A DNA stretch of 64,000 nt from Candidatus Omnitrophota bacterium (lineage in GTDB: Bacteria > Omnitrophota > Omnitrophia > Omnitrophales > JACROU01): the NCBI GenBank assembly GCA_029261035.1, contig JAJDCD010000023.1, forward strand, positions 301,126-365,125, given 5' to 3'. Shown in pieces: positions 17,161 to 25,729 of this stretch. The stretch's first letter is position 1. Every line of letters starts with the position of its first letter. The notes beneath the pieces are model-generated. The model saw nothing but the letters and a program-made list of their open reading frames with translations. It was not told where the DNA came from and made no database searches. The translations under genes were made by a program, and so were the position numbers.

Positions 17161-18273
17161 TTAATTTTTAACTTTCGATCTTTTCTGGCAATCTTCGATA
17201 TTTTTTAAGGGACAGAAACTTTGGATGATAGCGTCACTGCAGCTGTAGTGATAAGGGTAGGAGTGGAAGTAAGCAGAGGTGATGATGTTGTTTAATTCCT
17301 TGTCCGAAAGTCCTACGCGTTGTTTGTGATTCCATGAGTGCATTAATTTTTCTGAGTCTTCTTGGTTTAAACCATTTCTTCTAAATTCTGATACTAATCG
17401 AATAGCACAATTATTACGAAAACCTTTTTCAATAGACGAATGTAAAATTTGCAACATTCCTGGACATAAAAAAACTTCGGGGTCTTTACCTAACTTTGCC
17501 TTGATGGGATAGCGAAAAGGTTTCTTTGTGATTTGCCGCACAACTCTTTTAGATCGGTAGAAGATGCGGGAAAGCGTTGGGTTTTCATCGATATGTTTTA
17601 TTCTAGAGACGAGACCCGAATCGTCCGTAAAATGAAGTTCGTGAGGGTAGGTTGCTTTTTCTAAAATGTCTTTAGTAGAAAATTGAAATAGTTCTTCGGG
17701 AAGTAGTTGAACTTTATATTTCTGAGTTTTTTGGTTTTTGGTGTTTGGCAAACGAAGCAAACGAACTTTATCTTTGATGGTAAGATCAAAAATATTTTGC
17801 TCTATTTCAGGCATTTGTAATAAGATTTCTTTTCTAAATTGAGAGAAAGTAATATGTAGATTTTTTGACGGGGTGATGTGTCCTAAGACCCTTGTATCTA
17901 ACATAAAATGAAAACCTTTAGCCCCACTAAAGTAAATTAAACAATCCTCTGCATTAAGGCCGCAATGAGAAAAGAGCATGTTGGCAAAAATACGTGCTTG
18001 ATCTAATGCTTTTTCCAAATCTTGAGAATCTAAATCAAAGGCTAGAAAAGTGGCCCATACTTTCCCGTCATATCCGCCAATCGAAGGACGTCCTTTGTTG
18101 AGATGCATTTCCATATAAGTGAGTATTTCTGGAGGAAAGAAAAAGCAAGATGCGTGACATTCATAATTTTTATAAGATTGAATAAGGTGAGGGATTTCCT
18201 GTAAGGGTACGATGTGATTTCGAAACCCCTTTTGGTGCTGTGCGGCAAATTCCACCAAATGATAGCGTCGCAT
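17161..18273 (-). CDS. Archaeo-eukaryotic-type primase-polymerase (Prim-Pol/AEP) with a PriCT-like C-terminal domain
   Basis: AEP motif I FLAFDLD, motif II FSGAKGFHFMLD, motif III DLTIKDKVRLLRLPNTKN. C-terminal Cys...FRNNCAIRLVSEFRRNGLNQEDSEKLMHSW is PriCT-1-like. Confidence 0.65.
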   Translation of the reverse strand: MRRYHLVEFAAQHQKGFRNHIVPLQEIPHLIQSYKNYECHASCFFFPPEILTYMEMHLNKGRPSIGGYDGKVWATFLAFDLDSQDLEKALDQARIFANMLFSHCGLNAEDCLIYFSGAKGFHFMLDTRVLGHITPSKNLHITFSQFRKEILLQMPEIEQNIFDLTIKDKVRLLRLPNTKNQKTQKYKVQLLPEELFQFSTKDILEKATYPHELHFTDDSGLVSRIKHIDENPTLSRIFYRSKRVVRQITKKPFRYPIKAKLGKDPEVFLCPGMLQILHSSIEKGFRNNCAIRLVSEFRRNGLNQEDSEKLMHSWNHKQRVGLSDKELNNIITSAYFHSYPYHYSCSDAIIQSFCPLKNIEDCQKRSKVKN

Positions 18274-18333
18274 TTGAGACCCTCGTGGTTACAAAATAAG
18301 TATAACAGGTGGGAGGGGGGAATTGTGGCGGGG

Positions 18334-18412
18334 GCGTCGTCGGAAGAGTTGTTCCCGCAGCTCAGACAGCACAAAAGCAAAAGCCGCTTTTGTGAACTCG
18401 CTTCGGAAACAA
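18334..18412. repeat. Family C palindromic element (partial)
   Basis: GTTGTTCCCGCAGCTCAGACAGCACAAAAGC ... GCTTTTGTGAACTCGCTTCGGAAACAAC. Confidence 0.7.
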
Positions 18413-18453
18413 CTCCTCCTCCTTGTGGAGCACAATTTTGAGGGTGGAGGAGT

Positions 18454-18518
18454 GACAATTATTGGCATCGAGCCAATAATTGTTATAGGGTAACAGTATC
18501 GTCACATGTGTGACGATG
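18454..18518. repeat. H1 (CATCGAG-loop hairpin) plus H2' (CGTCACATGTGTGACG) modules
   Basis: ATTATTGGCATCGAGCCAATAAT ... ATCGTCACATGTGTGACGAT. Confidence 0.7.
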
Positions 18519-18725
18519 CTCTTTTGATGGTTTGAATAGCCTGGGCCCTTTATGCATACAGGCAGGCAAGGGTGTTTGGCCTAAATACCCTCTCGGCTTT
18601 ACAATCTGGTAGGGGGAGAGTATACTTATTTGTAAAGAACTGTAACTCTTTATTTGGTGATATGTTAACGAGTTGCTGGGTGATATGAAAGGATTAGGGG
18701 TAGATTTTTTACCCTCATAAACTAT

Positions 18726-19127
18726 ATGTATTCAACTAAACAACTTTCCGTATTTTTAGAAAACCGTCCTGGTGTGTTGGCTCATGCGTGTAATGTCTTA
18801 GGTAGTTCGGATATTAACATTCATGCTATTTCTGTTCATGATACCGTAGATCAAGCGGTTGTTCGTTTCATGGTCGACAATCCAACCAAAGCTTTGCTTC
18901 TCTTGGAACAAGAAGGTTTTTATGTGATTGAGCAAAATGTGGTTGTGATGAATATGGCGAATCAACCTGGAAATTTAGGTGAGATTTCTCGACGTCTTGC
19001 ACTTGCAGATATTAATATTAATTATGCATATGCAACGGCTGGAGAAGGAATGTCTAAAGCGCTTTTGATTTTACGTACAGATGAAATGGAAAGAGCTATC
19101 GAAGCCTTGGAAGAGTTAGAAGCGTAA
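18726..19127 (+). CDS. Tandem ACT-domain protein
   Basis: Two beta-alpha-beta-beta-alpha-beta ACT-like units (VFLENRPGVLAHACNVLG... and VVMNMANQPGNLGEISRRLA...). Confidence 0.6.
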   Translation: MYSTKQLSVFLENRPGVLAHACNVLGSSDINIHAISVHDTVDQAVVRFMVDNPTKALLLLEQEGFYVIEQNVVVMNMANQPGNLGEISRRLALADININYAYATAGEGMSKALLILRTDEMERAIEALEELEA

Positions 19128-19186
19128 GAATCGGTTGCTTATAGCTGTCAGCCATTAGCTCTTAGCTTTTAGTAAATCATTCAAAT

Positions 19187-19285
19187 TTGTCTTTGCGAGG
19201 CTAGTAACAAAAAGGGCCACGGCAATCTCAGGTTTTCTATACCTGAGATTGCCGCGGCCCTTTTGTTTAATGACTCGCAATGACT
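19187..19285. repeat. Family A element
   Basis: TTTGCGAGGC ... CCACGGCAATCTCAGG ... CTGAGATTGCCGCGG ... CTCGCAATGAC. It abuts the fabI stop. Confidence 0.8.
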
Positions 19286-19293
19286 GATTCTAA

Positions 19294-20100
19294 CTACATT
19301 CCCATAATGGAATAACCAGAATCTACGTACAAAATATTTCCTGTAATCCCACGGGATAAATTACTCGCTAAAAATAAAGCGGTGTCACCCACTTCGCTTG
19401 CTTCGGTGTTTCTTTTAAGAGGAGCTTTTTCTCTAACAACCTTCAACATTTCGGTGAATCCAGAGATGCCTCTAGCCGCTAGTGTGTTAATTGGGCCTGC
19501 AGAAATTCCGTTAACACGAATGTTTTTAGCGCCCAAGTCACTCGCAAGATAACGAATGCTTGCTTCAAGAGCCGCTTTAGCAACTCCCATTACATTGTAT
19601 CGAGGTACTACAGCAACACTTCCAAGATAGGTTAACGCAACAATGCTTCCACCTTCGGTCATAAGAGGAACGGCATGTTTTGAGATGGCTGTTAAAGAGT
19701 AGGCGCTGATATCATGAGCAAGGTGAAACCCGTCTCGTGAAGTGCTGACGAAATCTGTTTCCAAATCTTCCTTTTTAGCAAATGCAACGCAATGTACTAG
19801 GATATCAATTTGACCAAAGCTATTTTTAAGCTCGTCAAACACAGCTTTAATTTCATCATCGTTAGTTACATCACAAGGAAGTACTTGTGAGCCTTCTAGT
19901 GTGTCTGCTAAATCACGGACATTCTTTTCGATTCTTTCGCCTTGGAAAGTGAAAGCTATTTGAGCTCCTTGAGACGCTAAAGATTGTGCGATGGCCCAAG
20001 CAATGCTTCTTTTGTTGGCAACACCGAAAATGACCGCTTTTTTACCTTTCAATAACATGGTTTCTCCTTTATTTTGAGTTTCAGTCGTTGTTTCACTCAT
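19294..20100 (-). CDS. fabI: Enoyl-[acyl-carrier-protein] reductase (NADH), FabI
   Basis: SDR fold with LKGKKAVIFGVANKRSIAWAIAQ and the FabI-type Y...K active-site spacing. The start may be the internal M at MLLKGKK. Confidence 0.85.
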   Translation of the reverse strand: MSETTTETQNKGETMLLKGKKAVIFGVANKRSIAWAIAQSLASQGAQIAFTFQGERIEKNVRDLADTLEGSQVLPCDVTNDDEIKAVFDELKNSFGQIDILVHCVAFAKKEDLETDFVSTSRDGFHLAHDISAYSLTAISKHAVPLMTEGGSIVALTYLGSVAVVPRYNVMGVAKAALEASIRYLASDLGAKNIRVNGISAGPINTLAARGISGFTEMLKVVREKAPLKRNTEASEVGDTALFLASNLSRGITGNILYVDSGYSIMGM

Positions 20101-20215
20101 GATATTCTCCAGTCTAAACAGATAATTGTGAACCCCTGTCCTATAAGGGATAAGGGTTTATTTTTTGTGATTACCGGTGTATTATACAGCTCCTTTTAGG
20201 GATGTAAAGAGAACG

Positions 20216-20258
20216 TTAGCGGATAGCGTTTAGCGTAGAGCGGATAGGAAAATCTTTG
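20216..20258. repeat. Family F direct-repeat module (AGCGGATAGCGT...TAGAGCG...ATAGGAAAA)
   Basis: TTAGCGGATAGCGTTTAGCGTAGAGCGGATAGGAAAATCTTTGTC. A second copy lies at 25538-25586. Confidence 0.65.
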
Positions 20259-20345
20259 TCATCCCCGGCTTGATCGGGGATCCAGTGTCTTTGTTGTATC
20301 TGCTTACAAAATAAAACCTTTTGTCTATCTGGATCCCGCCATGCC
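20258..20345. repeat. Family B-variant (TTTGTCATCCCCGG type) composite hairpins upstream of ispH
   Basis: TTTGTCATCCCCGGCTTGATCGGGGATCC ... GGATCCCGCC...GCGGGATGAGAGG. It overlaps the spurious 5' extension of the ispH ORF. Confidence 0.7.
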
Positions 20346-20415
20346 TTCGGCAGGCATTAAGTGCGGGATGAGAGGGTGGAAGGTTTTACTAAGGACTATA
20401 GAAAAGAGAAGAGTG

Positions 20416-21606
20416 ATGACGAATAAGAAAAATCAAGTTATTAGAACCAGTTTAGGGCTGAAAGATGAAGTCCTAGACGATTTAGAAAAAGACTATAAAA
20501 GCCCGCTCGTTGAGAAGATGAAGCAGGAGGGTAACCGTCTGTCTATTGGGAACTTCAATTTTCACATTGCCCAAGAATTTGGGTTTTGTTATGGAGTTGA
20601 AAAAACGGTCGACTTTGCTTACCAAACGATTAAAAAATTTCCAGATAAGAAAATTTATACAACTAGCGAAATGATTCATAACCCCAGAGTTAATTTAAGA
20701 TTAAGGGATTTGGGCGTCGAGTTTTTAGATGGACAGTATTCTCAAGGAAAGAGTCTAAACGATATCACTGAAGAGGATGTGGTTTTAATCCCTGCTTTTG
20801 GTTTAACACCCAATGATTTAGAGAGGCTGAAAGAAAAAGGATGTATTTTAGTGGATACGACTTGCGGGTCGGTTGTCCATGTATGGAAACGTGTAGAACG
20901 TTATGCAAAAGAAGGTTTTACATCTTTGATTCACGGCAAATACAATCATGAAGAAACGATTGCGACGAGTTCGCATGTTACGGAAGGTCCTGGAGGACAC
21001 TTTATTGTTGTGCGTGATATGCCTCAAACACAAACCGTTTGTGATTACATAGAAAATGGTGGAGATAAAGACAAGTTCCTTGAGGAGTTTAAGCTGGCTG
21101 TTTCTGAAGGGTTTGATCCAGATAAACATCTACCTCAGATGGGGGTTGCTAACCAAACAACCATGTTAAGTTCAGAGTCTTTGGAGATAGCAGAAAAAAT
21201 AAAGCAATCTTTAAGCAAGCGATATGGGAGTGAAAATATAAATGAACACTTTCGCTCATTCGACACTATCTGTAGCGCCACACAAGAACGACAAGATGCT
21301 ATTTTGGAATTAGCTCAATCCAAGACAATCGATTTGATTTTGGTCATAGGAGGTTATAACTCCAGCAATACAACGCATTTGGCTGAGCTGAGTTTGGAGT
21401 ATCACCCTGCATTTCATATTCAAGAAGCTTCTGAAATTTTATCTTTAAAAGAGATTCGACATCAGCCTATTGGGAAAGAAGACCAGGTTGTGGAATCGGG
21501 TTGGTTGCCTCAGGGCAAAGTTTCCATTGGATTAACGGCAGGAGCCTCTACGCCTAACCGTGTGATAGAGGATGTTATTCAAAGACTGATTGAACTGAGC
21601 AAATAA
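20416..21606 (+). CDS. ispH: 4-hydroxy-3-methylbut-2-enyl diphosphate reductase IspH (LytB)
   Basis: FGFCYGVEKTV, NPRVN and VSIGLTAGASTPN motifs. The track start at 20341 runs into a palindromic repeat, so the start was placed at the MTNKK ATG (20416). Confidence 0.85.
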   Translation: MTNKKNQVIRTSLGLKDEVLDDLEKDYKSPLVEKMKQEGNRLSIGNFNFHIAQEFGFCYGVEKTVDFAYQTIKKFPDKKIYTTSEMIHNPRVNLRLRDLGVEFLDGQYSQGKSLNDITEEDVVLIPAFGLTPNDLERLKEKGCILVDTTCGSVVHVWKRVERYAKEGFTSLIHGKYNHEETIATSSHVTEGPGGHFIVVRDMPQTQTVCDYIENGGDKDKFLEEFKLAVSEGFDPDKHLPQMGVANQTTMLSSESLEIAEKIKQSLSKRYGSENINEHFRSFDTICSATQERQDAILELAQSKTIDLILVIGGYNSSNTTHLAELSLEYHPAFHIQEASEILSLKEIRHQPIGKEDQVVESGWLPQGKVSIGLTAGASTPNRVIEDVIQRLIELSK

Positions 21607-21896
21607 TAAAGCTATTATAAGTCTCTCTTATTATTAAAGTTTGATTGGATAGAGACAAAGGGCACGAATGAAAGCATTTCAATTTATTTATATTTTTATT
21701 ATCGGCCATTTATTTGTTTGGGTTCCGTTTGCATTACTGGATTTTTTGTTTTGTCACGGAAAGATGTTTGCTGATGGCCCTTCTTTATTTTTGGTTGAGA
21801 TGGTAGCAATTACATTTGTTGCAGCTAAGTTGAAAAAAACATGGACACAAGAAGGGTGACGGCGTTCGTTATCCTTATCAAGGGATTCTTATCATT

Positions 21897-22247
21897 ATGA
21901 TGAAATTAGTAGCTCTAGGCTTAGCAGTCTTTTTAATATTCTACTTTTTTAATTGGGCCCGCAGAAAAAATTTATATGGGGATACAAAAGAAGTTGAGAC
22001 TAAAAAAATAAAATTGCCTGAAATTTTGAAAGAAAGCTGGATTCAGCTTTACGAAACAGCATCTAAAGCCGAAGCGCAGCAGTTAAAAGCGCATTTAGAA
22101 GAATTAGAAGTGCAAAGTATTTTATATGAACAAGGAAAGAAAAGCGTTGATGGAAAAGAGCTTCCTGGAATTGGCTTTGTTGTTCCAAAAAGTCAATTAC
22201 GGCGCGCACAAAATTTATTATTTAGATTTTTAGAACGAAATAAATAA
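21897..22247 (+). CDS. Small membrane-anchored protein, DUF2007-like
   Basis: One N-terminal transmembrane helix, then a segment resembling the DUF2007 pattern (AHLEELEVQSILYEQG...GIGFVVPKSQLRRAQNLL). Confidence 0.3.
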   Translation: MMKLVALGLAVFLIFYFFNWARRKNLYGDTKEVETKKIKLPEILKESWIQLYETASKAEAQQLKAHLEELEVQSILYEQGKKSVDGKELPGIGFVVPKSQLRRAQNLLFRFLERNK

Positions 22248-22279
22248 ACAGATAGATTATTTAAGAGGAGAAGCTGCGC

Positions 22280-22828
22280 ATGTTATTACCTAAAAAAGCA
22301 TTTTTAACTAAAGGTGTTGGAGTTCATACCGAAAAATTATCTAGTTTTGAAGTTGCGCTTCGAGATGCGAGCATTGCTCAATACAACCTGGTGCGTGTTT
22401 CTAGTATTTATCCTCCGCATTGCCAAATGATTCCTAAAAGTTCAGGGCAAAAACACATGAGTCCAGGCCAGATTGTTCATGTCGTAATGAGTGAATCTTC
22501 TACGAATGAACCCAACCGTCTGATTGCAGCATCTGTTGGGGTTGCCAGACCTAAAGATCCTAATCACTACGGTTATCTTTCTGAGCATCACTCCTATGGT
22601 GAAACAGCAAAAAAAGCAAATGATTATGCAGAAGATTTAGCCGCAGAAATGCTGGCAACAATTTTGGGTGCAAAGCGTTTTGATTTAGATAAAAGTTGGA
22701 ACGAAAAACGAGAAGAATGGAAAATTATGTCTGATATCGTAAAGACCCAATCGATCACTCAATCGGCACAAGGCGATAAAAGTGGTAAGTGGACAACAGT
22801 CGTAGCTGCTTGTGTTTTTATTATGTAA
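22280..22828 (+). CDS. aaxB: Pyruvoyl-dependent arginine decarboxylase (PvlArgDC, AaxB/PdaD type)
   Basis: AFLTKGVGVHTEKLSSFEVALRDASIAQYNLVRVSSIYPP includes the serine that forms the pyruvoyl group and is characteristic of PvlArgDC. Confidence 0.8.
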   Translation: MLLPKKAFLTKGVGVHTEKLSSFEVALRDASIAQYNLVRVSSIYPPHCQMIPKSSGQKHMSPGQIVHVVMSESSTNEPNRLIAASVGVARPKDPNHYGYLSEHHSYGETAKKANDYAEDLAAEMLATILGAKRFDLDKSWNEKREEWKIMSDIVKTQSITQSAQGDKSGKWTTVVAACVFIM

Positions 22829-22875
22829 TATTTATTTCCCTCGCCTCTTTGAGGAGAGGGTTAGGGTGAGGAGGG

Positions 22876-23811
22876 TTACTTCCGATCTTTCCTGCCATAT
22901 TTAAATGCAATCATCTGATAAGCAATTCTCGCACACGTAAATTCCGAATAAACAAAATCTTCCTTTGGGGCTAATTCCATAATATCCAATCCAACCACAT
23001 TTTTTCTTTTTGCAACTTCTCTTAAAAGTTCTATAAGTTCGATGTATTCTAACCCTCCAGGTTCTGGAGTCCCTGTAGCGGGAATGATCGAGGGGTCCAA
23101 CCCATCTGTATCAATCGAAATATAGACATTTTTATTTAAACTTGTAACTACTTCATTAACCCAATCTTTAGTGGGTTTCTCATGGAGTTCATGCGCAAAA
23201 AACATTTTAATTTTGTTCTTCTTCACATAATCCCATTGATCTTGAGAAAGTGTTCTCATTCCTACATGGACTGTTTTAACTAAATCGCTGACCCGTCGTA
23301 GAGCAGAAGCATGAGAGTAATTTGTGCCTTCATAAGAATCTCTTAAGTCTCCATGCGCATCAATATGCAGAACAGAAAGTTTGGGAGTAAATTCGTGAAA
23401 GGCCTTGATGATCCCCGAAGAAACGGAATGCTCTCCTCCTAACGAAATAATAAACTTCTTATCTTTAACGCACTTAAGTGTTTGCTGATACACTTTTTCG
23501 ATATAAGGCTCTGGCTTAGAATATTTTTTCGAAGGGTTTAGAGGGGCAGAGGTGTGTATTCCTAACGCTTTAAATGATTTTTTGGAATAAACATCGAAGT
23601 CTTCAATAAAACGAGAGGCATCGATAATAGCCCGAGGGCCTTTGCTGGTTCCGGTAGTGTAAGAGACGGTTCCTTCATAGGGAAATAACTGAACGACAAT
23701 CGCGGACTTTTTGTAGTCGACATATTTTTTAGGTAACCCCAAAAAGTTATAAGGAGGATCTTTTCTTTTGAGGTACGCTACTTTTTTAGGTCGTATATTT
23801 TTCTTCTTCAC
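22876..23811 (-). CDS. speB: Agmatinase / arginase-family ureohydrolase
   Basis: GGEHSVS, HIDAHGDLRD and SIDTDGLDP are Mn-binding motifs of the arginase/agmatinase family. Confidence 0.75.
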   Translation of the reverse strand: MKKKNIRPKKVAYLKRKDPPYNFLGLPKKYVDYKKSAIVVQLFPYEGTVSYTTGTSKGPRAIIDASRFIEDFDVYSKKSFKALGIHTSAPLNPSKKYSKPEPYIEKVYQQTLKCVKDKKFIISLGGEHSVSSGIIKAFHEFTPKLSVLHIDAHGDLRDSYEGTNYSHASALRRVSDLVKTVHVGMRTLSQDQWDYVKKNKIKMFFAHELHEKPTKDWVNEVVTSLNKNVYISIDTDGLDPSIIPATGTPEPGGLEYIELIELLREVAKRKNVVGLDIMELAPKEDFVYSEFTCARIAYQMIAFKYGRKDRK

Positions 23812-23876
23812 AAAAAATCACCATCCCACATAAAAGTATGCCATAGGATAGGTGATATTGCTTTTGGAGTTCGAAA

Positions 23877-24527
23877 CTAAACAACTTCGTCAAACCCTTC
23901 AGGGACGGTGTATTCGAAAATTTGAGGGTCTATTTCGGCATTGATTTCTACTTGGGAGAAGGTGATTTGGGTGATGTCGCCGCTGGTTTCTTTCATGATG
24001 ACTTTTCTGGGGAAAAGGTCTTTGGATGAAAGGTGGATGACGATTTGTGTGTAAAAGGGAGTTAGTGATTTGTCTGTGGGTGTTAGAGAAAGAGAGTATG
24101 TTGTTTCGTTTCGAATGTCGCCAGGTTCAATGATAAAAGAATCGGCGAGTTTTAAGTCTTTGTTTCCCAATCCTAAAATTTGAAAGATGCGATCCGAACT
24201 TCCTCCAGCTACGGATATTTTTTGAACTTGTTTTGCCTCGGGAGACATCATCCAGGAGTTTTCTCCATTTAAAACTATTTTAGACTCTTTAGGTATCATG
24301 TAGTGCCACAAAATTTGTTGTGGTTCTTGATACCAAACCGTTCCATCTGAAATATATTCTTCTTCAAAAAGTGTGAATACTTTTTTCTGAGAAAAGTTGG
24401 CTTTTAAGGTTATGATTTCTTTTTTTGCTGATTCGTAGGATTCTACAATGGAAGGAGAGGCACCGTCGGATACTGGGACCATGGTGGCGCATAGAAAAAT
24501 GGAAATACCTAGTAATTTTGAAAACAT
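23877..24527 (-). CDS. Secreted or lipoprotein of unknown function (LolA-like fold suspected), paralog of 24661-25464
   Basis: N-terminal signal peptide. A C-terminal ...FEYTVPEGFDEV is shared with the neighbouring ORF (FEYKIPDGVEIE). Confidence 0.4.
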   Translation of the reverse strand: MFSKLLGISIFLCATMVPVSDGASPSIVESYESAKKEIITLKANFSQKKVFTLFEEEYISDGTVWYQEPQQILWHYMIPKESKIVLNGENSWMMSPEAKQVQKISVAGGSSDRIFQILGLGNKDLKLADSFIIEPGDIRNETTYSLSLTPTDKSLTPFYTQIVIHLSSKDLFPRKVIMKETSGDITQITFSQVEINAEIDPQIFEYTVPEGFDEVV

Positions 24528-24565
24528 GGTGCGGCTCCTATGTTTATTAAGCGAGATTTTTTAAT

Positions 24566-24647
24566 GCTTACAGCCTGCCCTTTGCCTAGGGGACACACAC
24601 TTTTGTCACAATTACTGTGTAATGGTTACAAAAGTCTATGTCCCCGA
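24566..24647. repeat. Family D palindromic element (about 85 bp)
   Basis: TTACAGCCTGCCCTTTGCCTAGGGGACACACACTTTTGTCACAATTACTGTGTAATGGTTACAAAAGTCTATGTCCCCG. Confidence 0.8.
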
Positions 24648-24660
24648 CTTCCTTTTCGCT

Positions 24661-25464
24661 CTACTCATTGGTGATTGTTTCTATTTCGACGCCATCGGGT
24701 ATTTTATATTCAAAGAGTTCGGGTTTGAGTGAGCTGTTTATTTTGTATTTTTTCATTTCCCAATAAAGACTGGTTCTTGGGTTGGTTCGAATTATTTGAG
24801 TTTCTTTTGGAAGGAAGACACTTCCTTCTTGAACGTAGTTGCTGCGATGAATTTCAAGTTCTTTAATGCCTAAATTGTTGTAATAAATTTCTCGTTCGAT
24901 GTTTAGAAAATAGCGCTCTACCCAGATTTGTCTTTCCATGAATTTATCTATACCCTTTTTTCTAAATACGGTAATGATGTAATGCTCTGGTTCGGTTTGA
25001 AACTCGATGATGTAGTCCGATGTTTGAGGGATGGGTTGAGCTTCTATTGCTTTAATGAGGTCGTCAGGACGTAAGCCTAAAGTGAATTCTTCAATTTTAT
25101 TTAATTTGTTTATGTTTCCTGTTAACACAATATTTTCTCTTGGGACATGGAGCCAAAATTCTTTGCTGTCTGAAACGAGTGTAAAGAAGGTTGGGATGAG
25201 AGACTTGTAACCTTTAAGGTAGAGTTTTCCTTCTTTTTCGTAAGCAAGAACCCCTTGGCATTTATTTGTGCCAGCCATCCCTGGGTCGACATATTCCAAG
25301 TCGATGTTTGTTTTTACAGATTTAAGGTTAGCAAAAGAAGTGTTTATTTTAAGAGTTAATTGTTCTAAGGAAGCGGATTGAATAGGAGCTTTGGTCGGTG
25401 TTGTTGCGCAACTAGAGCAAAGAAATAAAACAGTTAAGATGTAAGACAAATATTTGGTTTTCAC
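24661..25464 (-). CDS. Lipoprotein of unknown function (LolA/LolB-like suspected), paralog of 23877-24527
   Basis: Lipobox LFLCSSCAT. The C-terminal motif is shared with the adjacent ORF. Confidence 0.4.
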   Translation of the reverse strand: MKTKYLSYILTVLFLCSSCATTPTKAPIQSASLEQLTLKINTSFANLKSVKTNIDLEYVDPGMAGTNKCQGVLAYEKEGKLYLKGYKSLIPTFFTLVSDSKEFWLHVPRENIVLTGNINKLNKIEEFTLGLRPDDLIKAIEAQPIPQTSDYIIEFQTEPEHYIITVFRKKGIDKFMERQIWVERYFLNIEREIYYNNLGIKELEIHRSNYVQEGSVFLPKETQIIRTNPRTSLYWEMKKYKINSSLKPELFEYKIPDGVEIETITNE

Positions 25465-25537
25465 AAAGACGCTCCTTTAAGAAAGCAAAGATAACAGAAG
25501 ATGGGGGTGAAGAGCAAGGGAATAAATCCTTTGTCTA

Positions 25538-25586
25538 CTAGCGGATAGCGTAGAGCGTTTAGGGTATAGGAAAAACTTCTTTTGTC
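25538..25586. repeat. Family F module
   Basis: CTAGCGGATAGCGTAGAGCGTTTAGGGTATAGGAAAAACTTCTTTTGTC. Confidence 0.65.
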
Positions 25587-25628
25587 TGAGATTGTCACGG
25601 CTCATATATCTTTGCCTCACAATGACAA
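25584..25628. repeat. Family A half-element (right half only)
   Basis: TCTGAGATTGTCACGGCTC ... GCCTCACAATGACA. Confidence 0.6.
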
Positions 25629-25638
25629 TGTTGAGGGG

Positions 25639-25690
25639 TTGTCATTCCCGACTGGGTTGATTGTCATCCTAGAGCGAAGCGAAGGATCTG
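25639..25690. repeat. Family B-variant fragments
   Basis: GTCATTCCCGACTGGG ... TTGTCATCCTAGAGCGAAGCGAAGGATCTG. Confidence 0.6.
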
Positions 25691-25729
25691 TTTGTACTAT
25701 ATAAAGGGGATCTATAATGACAGGGGCTG

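Noticed and set aside
17161-18273. Interpreting the PrimPol ORF together with the flanking genes as a complete integrated plasmid or prophage.
   Set aside because: No integrase, relaxase, partition or phage structural genes are present within the window. Only the single replication-type protein and repeat-rich flanks are seen, so a complete mobile element is not supported.
20341-20415. Longest-ORF 5' extensions of ispH (20341), hflK (31213), the FTCD-like gene (51324), giant gene 2 (45428-45679) and panB (52891).
   Set aside because: The extensions run through palindromic repeats or overlap the upstream gene. Family-conserved sequence begins at internal ATGs, so shorter starts were called.
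21668-21859. 63-aa hydrophobic ORF upstream of the DUF2007-like gene as a possible small membrane protein or toxin.
   Set aside because: No ribosome-binding context or conserved motif could be verified. Its composition is explained by AT-rich sequence, so it is left unannotated.
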